This document shows, in pieces, positions 41,601-50,353 of a stretch of DNA of 64,000 bases. Made by a program: the position numbers and the translations under genes. The notes under the pieces are model-generated. The model had not been told where the DNA came from. It saw only the letters and a list, made by a program, of their open reading frames with translations, and did not search any database. Source of the stretch: Lingula anatina (taxonomy: Eukaryota > Animalia > Brachiopoda); NCBI GenBank assembly GCA_051362555.1, contig CM120646.1:3968001-4032000 (forward strand), given 5' to 3'. The first letter of the stretch is position 1. The number at the start of each line of letters is the position of its first letter.

Positions 41601-44600
41601 CTAGAAAAATTCTTATCAGTACATATTACCATCAAATAAGTCACCGGATTCCTACCTGGTAAATTTTCTTGTACACCAAAGACATGGTGTTTTGTGTTTC
41701 ATAATTCACACCATCGTCATTAATTCCCACGTCTGCCTGACACTCGTCAGACTCCACGGACTGGTAGAAAAATCCTACAGGGGTCCCAAAAACTTTCTTC
41801 ACAGCATCGGAATCAGTTCTCATCTGCATGAATGTGGAGAGGGGCTTGGTGGTGATGTTGGGTAAGGGGGGCTTGTATGCAAACTTTTGGGAGGTAGGGT
41901 GATCTGTGGACGGAGAGGGAGGGCCTGAGATCTCGACTGAGGTGAAATCTTGGAGCCAAGGGCAAACAGAGTGGAGGGTGTTGGTGGAAAGAAACTTGGT
42001 GACTTGCTGCTGAAAAGGAGTGCAGGATTTCACGGCGTCTTTGAGCTGAAAAAAATAGATTAAAAGGAGAAAATATTTAAGATGAAATAGGTTTCAACCT
42101 TCATGTTGTTCAGTTGTAAAGATAACGTCATAATTGGCTTTTTAGGTAAATAACTATCAAACTAAAAACTATTAAAATTAAAATAGTGACTGCTTGGTAC
42201 CTTTGCCTTTTTGGATTTGACTGGTCCAGTCTGCTGTGTCACCTGACTTTGTTTATCCTTTGGTGCTATGGCAACAATAACACACAACTGCTCCTCGAAC
42301 CAGAGTTGTTGTAAGCCCAGCACACAGAAAGGGACGGGATCCAGGGGCACCAGTGGTGATGACGCAGGCTGCTGAATAGACGAATCGTCCAGGAATGTGA
42401 AGTCATGAGGGACGAGGGACAGCAGCCACGTTAGCAAGGTGGTACAGCTAGCAGAGAGTCCTAGACCTGGAGGACGGAACATCCAAGGTCAAATTTATAA
42501 TATAATCAGCTTGTAATTTGCATTGCTTTCTATATTTGTGGGTGGGTGCATATGTACATACACAGATTTGCAAATTTGCATTTGTATATAAGTATGTATA
42601 GGTGTGTGTATGCATGCACTTGCAGATATGCCAGTGCAGGTAAATATGTGTCTCTGTCTGTGCACCTGAACATCCCACCTACCCATATCCACACTCTTGT
42701 TGCCTCCTCTGTGGACTATAATCTCTCCATTGGTGGATAAATGAACTGTGAGAAGGATGGTCTCTAGCTCAGCAGGAAGGGTGTCTGGCAAGCACTGGGG
42801 CATTGGCTCATAGGAGGCCTCCTTAACAGAGAAAACAGATAAAATAAAGTAAATAAATGGAAAAACATGTATATATAAACAAATAAATAAGTGAATACAT
42901 AAAAAATAGGTGAACAAACAAATAATTAAATAAAAAATTCATAAATAATTATTTAAATAAATAAATATTGGAGTAAATTGATTGATCAATTAACAAACAA
43001 ATAAATGTATTGGTTGGCTATCAAGTGGATACTGGATGAAAATATTCAAGACCATCTAGCTTCATTCATATTTTAAATCTTCACCATTCAAATTTTCATT
43101 TCTATTAGGTATCTCCTTACCACATCAAACACTACAGGTGTCTCTTCAGCACACGGATATCTGCCGCTCACCGACGTCTTCGGCCTCAGTGCCTCCAGTT
43201 GTTTGGCCAGCCTCAGTCTGGACTGGCGTTCATGTTCACGCTGCTCTCGTAGCTTCCTGCAATATGCAGTGATTTAATGTGAGCCTTGTTTTGTATTACG
43301 CAGAGCACTTTTTTTAATAGTACAAAATTAAGTTATTCCATGTTTTTGCTGATAACTTTCATGGCAAAGATATGAGTGTGTATAGGTATGTGTGTGACAC
43401 AAACAAAAGCTATCGTAAAATTGGACTTGATTGGACAAAGACCAATGATTCAGAAATAAATGCCACAAGGTTTAAAAGGAGGAGAAGTAAAGTAAGTCAT
43501 GACAAGGAACAGACAAAATTAAGTGAGGGATTCTTTTATAAGGTATGTCAGAAAAGACTTGATGAAAGTAACAATTCAGGAAAAAAACTGAAATTAGCTT
43601 CTGATCAATAATAAAAGTGTGAAATAAAAATGGGAAATATAGACATACTTAGCTGTCTCCATCCTCCTTTGTTTTTCTTTCTCTTCAGCCTCTTTATCTG
43701 GCTCTGGTTTTTGTTCCTTTACTTCAGATTCATTTTGGGTCTCTCCTGATAGAGGGCGCTTTGGCTCAACATGGGCCAGTCTTTGAGCATGGGTTGCTTC
43801 TTTGGGGGCCCTACAAAATAGAATAAAGGGTAAATGTTATAGTAAAAATACATTGTTACACTCAAACATTAATCGCTTTTTTTTTCATTTCCTTATTTTA
43901 TATGAATATGACTACAAATTCATTTCAAGAAAGAATATTGTTTTTATCTGAACAAAGAAGATGAGGGCTGTTAGACTCATTGAGTAAGAGAATTTTGTCA
44001 CTTTTTATGCACACTGCTGGTCAGAGACAGATGTAAACAAGTCACTGCTTAAATTATAACAGTTCAAAACATTACTGGAGTCAAAATAAACTATATCTTT
44101 CCTCACCAATATTTGAGATAATGTCAGTTAAAATGCTCATGCATATCTTACTTTGGTAAGGATGGCTTCGAGGGTAGAACTTGAGAAACAGATCCACGTT
44201 CAATGGCAGCTCGTATCTTCCTCCTCTGCTCAAACCATGACTCAGCACTGCCCTCATCTTCTGAATCAGAACTGTCTTCCCTAGAAAATAAAAAAAGACT
44301 AATCAGCATCTGTTGCTTTAAGGTTCTCAAGTGATAAAAAACAGGTTAATTTCCATTTTCTGTTTATACTTCCATCATTTCAGAATACAGATTGAAACCA
44401 GACCCTTACTTTTTCTTGGAATCATGTATGCGGAGAATTCTCTGCACAGAGGCCACTCTCTGTTGTTCCTCTTGCCTCTGTTGTTCAAAGTTTCTCAGGT
44501 CCAGATATACCGTCTCAGGTTCCTCTTTTTTGGGAATGGAATCTAAATATTCAAAATTAATCAATTAAATTATATATTTTCACAATTCCCAATTATACAT

Positions 44601-47600
44601 TTTCACGTTAACCTTTAAAATATATATCCAAAAATGCTCTTTTTCCTGTGACTCTGTGAGTCAGAACAGAGGTATGGGTGATAATTACCCTTTGGGATTA
44701 TGAAAATATTGATTAACAAAAGGAATCACTATTTCAAATAATAAATTGCATCCTGTTTGGATTAACTTAAAACAGGAATAAAGGCATGTTGATCTGTATG
44801 GAAGCCATTCAAGAAATTATTCTTTAATGTTTTAAATATATTGCATTGAGAGTTAAAAGTAAAATCCATCAAATTTTTTCTTTTACGTTGAAAATAGTTG
44901 CAGGTTCAAAGTTTTAAAACTTTTTTACCTAGCACATGAGATGAAAGTTCAGGAGGATTTTGTCTCTTCTTTTTGCTCTTCTGAGATGCTGCTTGAGGAT
45001 AGAAAGAGAAATAAATATGAATGTCTAAATTTAAAAACAAATATTTTTAATTAAAATTATCATGATTTTAATTCATTCTCATGAAGCATAAAAAAGTCAA
45101 TATCATCAAAAAAGATAGAAATACGTACATAAACTTTGAGTTAGATGATATTTGAGGAAGTAAAGACTTTATAAAAACAACACAATGTCTAACAGTTTAT
45201 CATCAGTGTTGTATTAAATTATAGCTGTATTAATAAACAGAAAATAAATATACAGAGGTAACCATATATGCCTACTCTAAATGCCAAACAGGATAGAAAC
45301 AGGATAAAATGAAAATATATTTTTTTAAATATAAAATAGTAACAAAATAAAATAAAGAAAATTATTGATATTAGTATCTTTAAGACCATATATACTGAAC
45401 ATTTTTTTCTTTTATTATATATTTTCACTCTGGCTTGGAATTGATTTTTGAAATCTATATAGATATGGCATAACAGTCAGGCAAAATGCTATATACTGGA
45501 AAAATAAAGTACTGACTTATATTATCTTCTTCCTTCAAATTATTTCAAAATATTTTTTGTGGGGGTTGTTCAGTATATTATCATACATCATAACAGAAAA
45601 TGAGGGATACACAATGCATGCAATAGAATAAATCAAAAAGTAATTTTTTAGTTTTTGTAGATTGAAAATATTAATCACTATGTTGCATCTACTAAATATC
45701 TAATGTAGTCTCATAAATCTGTAAAAGAAAATTGCTAAAGATACAGAGGTGCAACGTCTGGCTACCAGAATATAAATCTGTACATGTACCTTCTAAATCA
45801 GCTGTGACGCCTTTTTTATGAAATAAATGTAAAGAATTGTGAATACCATACAGCGGTGACCAAATACAAACATCTAACATTTGCATTATTGAAAATACAA
45901 ACATTTCTAATAAGGTTCATTGCTCACGTTAATTTGACTCCCAAATATGCAGTTTTAAAACAAACTCCCCACCAAATATCACCATGCAATTACAATATCA
46001 TAATGGTAATAACTCTGAATTCTGAAAGCATTAAATGTTTTGTTTTTTTTTCAAAATATTGTTTAGTTAGTTAATATGCTTAAAAATACTGACTCAAAAC
46101 TTTTGAAAAGCTAGACTTTGTGCCAAGATATAAATTTTGTGACCATCTAAAATACAAACACTGAAAAGTGAAGAGTTTGAAAATGATAAATAAGTACTGT
46201 AGCAACACATTCCCTTACCTCCTATAGACTCATTAATAGCAGTCTTCATTTCTTTGCTTTCTGCTTTCTTCCCCTTCATCTTCTTCTTCTTGATAACGGC
46301 GCCAGTGACTGGGTCCACTTCCTGTTGAGGGAACGGCTGCCCAGACTGTTGTACTGAGAGCTGGAGAAGTCTCTGGATCAGGGTGGGCTTACTGCCTGCT
46401 GAAATACATACACACATATATATATATAAATATATTGACATATACCAAATGCATGTACAGAGGAGGCTGAAACTTAGGCATATACAGTACATTGCTACAC
46501 ATTTACATATACTGTGTCAGTGGCTCATTAGGTAAGATGGTACACTTGTGAGGAGAAGACCTCAGGACTGAGGGCTGTACAAAAGACTTCATATATAAGT
46601 ACACATAGTATATCCCACTATATATATATACAGACTGGCACTTGTTTAAGCATGAACTAAGTCCAAGATAAATTTTTAGAGGAAATACTGAGATCAAGTG
46701 TGATATATCAGTATTTTTTGTTTACAAACTAAACTTCATACTACGGGTCATTTCAAAACTGTTCACATTCTGTTATTAATTTTGCATATAAAAGATATAA
46801 GCAAAAATTATAATGAAGGCACTGTATTTTTTAAACTATTTTTTAAGTCATTCTAATTATTCTTACTATCTTCTCCAGTGTCCCCCATAGCTGCTTGTGG
46901 TTGTAAGGACGGCAGATTGAGTTCTTTGGCATTTTCTGAAGACAGAACATTATCTGAAAAAATAAGAATTTAAGCATGAATACAAATAATATTTTAGGTA
47001 ACAACCAAAACCACCTCTCTCTCTCTATCATATCGCTCTTTATCACATGCACACACGCATGCATGCACACACACACACACGCACGTGGATGCACGCGCAC
47101 ACACACTCATTTTGTAAAACATATATGCTAGTACATATCCTACCCAGTAAACTTACCTAGATCTATGTTCTCAAGCTGATGAAGAGACAACCTGGTCCTC
47201 TCTGGGATGAACCTCGCCACAACTTCTCTACTCTCAGCCCTAGGTGACGCCATCTTCTTCTTAACAGCCTGCTTAGATCTTCTTGGCGACCTTCTGGAAT
47301 GTTCATCCTCCGGATCCAAGCCTGGCTCTGATGTAGATCTGTCTACTTTTCTTGATGATGTGCTACTTCCCATAGACACTTTTCCGATTGCCCCACCATT
47401 CTGCATGTCAGAATCTTTGTTTTGTACTGAGCTGGAGGAATCTGACTTTCCTACCCAGCCCTGGTACCTAGGCTTTGGTGCAGCATCATTTTCTACCGAG
47501 TCATTTCGAAGTATTTGTCTCCAGCTGCTTACACTGTCTGAGAGGTACCCTGATTCCTGCAGTCTATCCCTGCCCTGCTGTCTTCCTGAACTAGGAACCC

Positions 47601-48594
47601 TCTCCTCATTATGCCCATTGATATGAAGGGTACCTTCTTGTTGTACACCAAAATCCATTTCATTTGAAACGTGATTTATATTGATCTCCCTTGTCATAGT
47701 AAATAGTGAATTTTCTATCATCCCATTCCCGCCACTGGATCGAGATCGTGCCTCTCTATTAACCCTCGATAATTCCACTTCCATAGCTCTGAAGGCATTA
47801 CCTAACTGTATACCATTTGATGCTGTGTTTGCCTGAGTTGAAGGCATTTCTGTCACTTCATTTTGCACAGAACTACTTGTATAGTCATTGTCCAAATTCA
47901 TGCCATTAGACACGGTTTCTCTTTGAGTTGGTGGCGAGTTTGAGCGTTCTGAGTGCGAACCTTGAAGAGATGAAGAAAGCAACTCCTCAAACTGATCAGA
48001 AGTGAGGCTCTCGTCAAGATCTTTCTCGCTGTCAAAGAAGGATGAGGTTGTTGAGATCAAAGAACGTTGGAATATTCCGACATCTTCATCTGAGCTGACC
48101 TGTGAGAAAGATTAAAAATAAATATATAGTACACATAAAAAAAAATATTTTGCCATGAGGCTTTTTTTAAATAAATGAATCCTATTTTCTTATACAGAGG
48201 CATGCAGTTTATAGTTTGGTTCTTAAATAATCTCCAATGTTCTAAATTAAATGCAAAGGGGGTAGTAAATTAAACAGTAATAACATATGTATATATATCT
48301 TTGCTACTGTAATAAAGAAGCAGGAGCAAAGATGCCATTTCTGTAGCAAGACATTAGATACCTTCTAAATCTACCCCTTCAACTTGGACAATTTTAAATT
48401 CTTCAGATCGACATACTCACATCAGAGAAATCAAAGTCAATGGACGGTAACCTCTGCTCCACTTCTGTAAAAATCTGATCCATCTTTGGTTTCAGGCTTG
48501 AGCCATCAGGTAACATGGCCGGGAAAGACATCTTGCTGGCAAACTGGGCCAAGATGTCCACCTCACCATCACTGCCTTCATCACTGGACGCCAT
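32580..48594 (-). CDS. DNAAF8: Dynein axonemal assembly factor 8-like (C16orf71/Daap1), long form with multiple NDK-like domains; 27 coding exons, about 1847 aa
   Basis: Manual splicing gives a continuous 5544-nt ORF, all GT-AG, phases consistent. Motifs MDQIFTEVEQRLPSIDFDFSD..IFQRS, LSLHQLENIDLDNVL, TLIQRLLQLSVQQS and EPETVYLDLR resemble vertebrate DNAAF8 as I recall it. C-terminal NDK-like repeats as in Xenopus Daap1. Head-to-head with ANKS3. Confidence 0.88.
33065..33134 (-). CDS. DNAAF8: DNAAF8 exon 26 (PYTSESIYKKYGDFIMRPKDTSQ)
   Basis: Phase 2-0. Confidence 0.78.
33315..33556. mobile_element. MITE in DNAAF8 intron 25
   Basis: Inverted ends ctagga..ttcccacagatttagatcgatc / gatcgatctaaatatctgtgggaa..tcctag. 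Confidence 0.65.
33608..33693 (-). CDS. DNAAF8: DNAAF8 exon 25 (VPMLTSGPSLVLAVQRDNAV)
   Basis: NDK TSGP motif, phase 0-2. Confidence 0.85.
33641..33880 (-). repeat. Triplicated acceptor plus 5' part of DNAAF8 exon 25
   Basis: ttgtctctctgtacagctaatactagactagg..gtcaacataggaacctg starts at 33641, 33729 and 33811. Confidence 0.92.
34140..34230 (-). CDS. DNAAF8: DNAAF8 exon 24 (FEVCGAQLIWFTQDQAQQYL)
   Basis: Phase 2-0, donor gtgagt. Confidence 0.82.
34202..34300 (-). repeat. Tandem duplication (54-nt period) of the DNAAF8 exon 24 acceptor and 5' end
   Basis: atatcaactg(c/t)gccccacacacctcaaacctgaaatat occurs twice. Confidence 0.92.
34605..34935. mobile_element. Non-autonomous DNA transposon, Kolobok-like
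   Basis: TTAA on both sides (34601-34604, 34936-34939); TIR aggcctactgtg / cacagtatacct (10/12 match); CpG-richer than the host intron. Confidence 0.7.
35182..35326 (-). CDS. DNAAF8: DNAAF8 exon 23, start of NDK-like repeat 5 (QTNCVVLTP...IVEEMLKHG)
   Basis: Phase 1-2, donor gtgagt. Confidence 0.8.
35296..35503 (-). repeat. Tandem duplication (105-nt period) of the DNAAF8 exon 23 acceptor and 5' end
   Basis: tggctgacctggactgct..tagtgcctggattaaatgtgggagaaaatagtggt occurs twice. Confidence 0.9.
35927..36059 (-). CDS. DNAAF8: DNAAF8 exon 22 (linker)
   Basis: Acceptor cttcag, donor gtaga; phase 0-1 is needed to join exons 21 and 23. Confidence 0.7.
36401..36495 (-). CDS. DNAAF8: DNAAF8 exon 21 (ASADYQHAMHDVKQFFPEGLCC)
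   Basis: Equivalent to the NDK C-terminal helix; phase 1-0. Confidence 0.85.
36738..36933 (-). CDS. DNAAF8: DNAAF8 exon 20 (HMTSGPSLILCVQRENAV...RGTFGVDPVCNGIY)
   Basis: NDK core motifs; phase 0-1. Confidence 0.9.
37325..37574 (-). CDS. DNAAF8: DNAAF8 exon 19, NDK-like repeat 4 (TSVLIFKPDAV...FTVVGLKM)
   Basis: Canonical NDK KPDAV motif; phase 2-0. Confidence 0.9.
38067..38316 (-). CDS. DNAAF8: DNAAF8 exon 18 (EPAVVLLLRGINAF...AYRQMTLFFRDLELFPD)
   Basis: Phase 1-2; the coding frame differs from the listed ORF. Confidence 0.85.
38634..38813 (-). CDS. DNAAF8: DNAAF8 exon 17, NDK-like repeat 3 (QEGFELLGIKWLPSLSINQAKELTPYEVGD)
   Basis: 180 nt, phase 1-1. Confidence 0.85.
39133..39262 (-). CDS. 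DNAAF8: DNAAF8 exon 16 (LYTNPEIEQIVVLTLTG)
   Basis: Phase 0-1, open in frame. Confidence 0.8.
39494..39600 (-). CDS. DNAAF8: DNAAF8 exon 15
   Basis: ttccag acceptor, gtatg donor, phase 1-0. Confidence 0.78.
39996..40226 (-). CDS. DNAAF8: DNAAF8 exon 14 (PCTVLLLQKENA)
   Basis: 231 nt, phase 1-1, NDK-like strand motif. Confidence 0.82.
40665..41370 (-). CDS. DNAAF8: DNAAF8 exon 13, NDK-like repeat 1 and start of repeat 2
   Basis: ILSRVLQEGFDISGIRL...GPILAIALRG...VGPSDPALARRTDPNSLCALYG is an NDK-fold signature; phase 0-1. Confidence 0.9.
41656..42045 (-). CDS. DNAAF8: DNAAF8 exon 12 (PFQQQVTKFLSTNTL...VFGTPVGFFYQSVE)
   Basis: 390 nt, phase 0-0, strong acceptor tract. Confidence 0.85.
42201..42466 (-). 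CDS. DNAAF8: DNAAF8 exon 11 (LLTWLLSLVP...VLGLQQLW)
   Basis: Inside ORF 42162-42482; phase 1-0. Confidence 0.82.
42683..42821 (-). CDS. DNAAF8: DNAAF8 exon 10 (EASYEPMPQCLP...LSTNGEI)
   Basis: Inside ORF 42495-42917; phase 0-1. Confidence 0.82.
43121..43256 (-). CDS. DNAAF8: DNAAF8 exon 9 (KLREQREHERQSRLRLAKQLEALRP...)
   Basis: Acceptor ttgcag, donor gtaag, phase 2-0. Confidence 0.82.
43649..43810 (-). CDS. DNAAF8: DNAAF8 exon 8
   Basis: Acceptor ttttgtag, donor gtatg, 162 nt open, phase 2-2. Confidence 0.78.
44152..44280 (-). CDS. DNAAF8: DNAAF8 exon 7 (EDSSDSEDEG...)
   Basis: Acceptor ttttctag, donor gtaag, phase 2-2. Confidence 0.8.
44410..44542 (-). CDS. DNAAF8: DNAAF8 exon 6 (EPETVYLDLR...)
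   Basis: Conserved-looking TVYLDLR motif; phase 1-2. Confidence 0.82.
44929..44991 (-). CDS. DNAAF8: DNAAF8 exon 5 (ASQKSKKKRQNPPELSSHVL), symmetric and skippable
   Basis: Pyrimidine tract, NAGNAG acceptor, gtaaa donor, 63 nt, open in frame. Confidence 0.6.
   Translation of the reverse strand, partial: QHLRRAKRRDKILLNFHLMC
46219..46398 (-). CDS. DNAAF8: DNAAF8 exon 4 (GSKPTLIQRLLQLSVQQS...)
   Basis: NAGNAG acceptor, gtaag donor, 180 nt, phase 1-1. Confidence 0.82.
46867..46953 (-). CDS. DNAAF8: DNAAF8 exon 3 (DNVLSSENAKEL...)
   Basis: tttttcag acceptor, gtaag donor, 87 nt, phase 1-1. Confidence 0.75.
47157..48099 (-). CDS. DNAAF8: DNAAF8 exon 2 (large, low-complexity, probably disordered)
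   Basis: Contains the 306-aa ORF; VSSDEDVGIFQRS...LSLHQLENIDL; donor gtaagt, phase 1. Confidence 0.88.
48421..48594 (-). CDS. DNAAF8: DNAAF8 coding exon 1 (MASSDEGSDGE...LPSIDFDFSD)
   Basis: ATG at 48594, upstream acceptor at 48609-48610, donor gtgagt, phase 0. Confidence 0.85.
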
Positions 48595-48999
48595 GCTGGA
48601 CGGATTGCCTGAAATCATGAGAGTCAGCGTCAATTTTAGTACTCGTTCTCAGTGAAATTATCATTCTACACAGATCCATTCAATTCAAAAAATACACCAT
48701 TTAGCATAAATGCGTTTTTATAAACTGGTTCCTTTTTGATACAAACGGAGATGACAACAATTGTTAACATGGGTAAGGTACCAGTGAATTATACTCTGCA
48801 GTGGGACTTTTAACAAATAAATAGTAAATGAATTTTTGCACAGTTGTTTACTTGACATGAAGCATTAAAAATTTCAAATAATCGATCTGCAAAATCACGA
48901 AGCTATAAAATCTATTAAATACTGGCAAAACCAACTTCTACGCATACATGTACTGCCACTGGTACAAAGTCTTCAAATATCAATTTTATCAAATTTTCC

Positions 49000-49700
49000 T
49001 TTTACTGTTTAATCAATTCTGTTTTCTTTTGATTGCTATTTCTTCTACCGTCATACAAACCTCAGAATGGCAAAGGGCATATCTTACGATAATCAACAGC
49101 TTCCTAGCCAGGGTATTGAGATGCATGTTACTCTTAAAGCCATCAATAAAATTGCAGAGAGATAAGCATCATTTCCATGGTAATTATAACAACTATCTTC
49201 GCAGACGCATTCAAATACTTAGTCGAATGAGCTTTAATTTGGTTGCAATAAAACGTCTAATAAACCTCACCTTTAAGGGACTGTATTATGGTTTTATCGC
49301 ATCCTAAAATATCCGCAGATTCCCTTGGACGGACTGGTAAAAATAAATATTTTGAAGTTTGTGGAATTTGGGTCAGTGCTTTGCCTCCATGATGGAATTT
49401 CCCGGATGTCTCGTAATATCTCGTACATTGATCGGCGAGAACATATGATGTTGGACGGCACCGGTGAAAATATTGTAGTGCTTCAATACAGTTTCTGTGA
49501 ATAAACAATAGGAATGGAGGTAAATATTGTAAACACACAAGTTCGTATGATGTAATTTTATCGACAACTTGTGTATATTCATTTATTTGTTTTGAATTTA
49601 ATGTTTCAACGCCGTTTAACTTGACTGTCATTTGACAGAGTCACCTGTATCATTTGGAATAGAGACGAAAGCATTCATCGATTTGTAATCTTTTCAAGGA
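49000..49700. promoter_or_regulatory. Bidirectional promoter region of DNAAF8 and ANKS3
   Basis: Local CpG retention between CpG-poor gene bodies. Outward-facing candidate 5' UTR donors (minus AAG|gtgagg at 49271/49270, plus GAG|gtaaat at 49519/49520). ETS-type CCGGATGT at 49402-49409 and X-box-like ATTTCCATGGTAAT at 49171-49184. Confidence 0.65.
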
Positions 49701-50162
49701 CATTATAAACAGAAAGAGTTAATAATGCAGACATCGGAGAATTGATTATTACTGTGTCACCATGTACTTCATTCTGCCTGAGGGGTTTCTAATGTATCAT
49801 AGTCTGTGTTTATTGTCTTGATAGTTTGTATATCAATGTACTAGCACCAGTACTTTATTCTCTTCTTATAAAATGCATGTTGCATGATGTAAAGCTTCTA
49901 TTTTAATGATGGTGGAAACGATGATAAGATATGTTATTAATGATATAGTTATATATTATGTGAGTTACTCTTCATGAGTTAAATTTTTTTTATTGATAAT
50001 TACAGAGCACAAAATTTAGACCCATCTTTTGCTAATTAAAAATGTAAAACTTTTTCATATGTCTCATATATTGCAGGACAAAAAGGTGCAGATTTTGTGC
50101 ATGTACCAAAACAACAGACTGAGGTAACCATACCAGTGCACGTGCTTGCAGACACCTGCAAC

Positions 50163-50353
50163 ATGTCACTGTACGAGGATCGTTACGAAGCATCCGATGA
50201 AGCCTCGGAGAATGAGCTACTGGATAAGAGTCTGTCCGTGTGGCGCGGCTGGAGTACATTTGAGACCAGGGACGACTTCCAACCCATTTCCTTGGACCTG
50301 CACACGGCTAGTAGCATAGGGCAGTTTGATAGGGTCAGGGCTTATATACAAAG
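50163..50353 (+). CDS. ANKS3: ANKS3 coding exon 1
   Basis: MSLYEDRYEASDEASENELL...LDLHTASSIG; donor gtaggt. Confidence 0.9.

Noticed and set aside
46503-46585. Exon-like GC-richer patch in DNAAF8 intron 3
   Set aside because: The phase-1 reading ends in TAA and there is no good donor.
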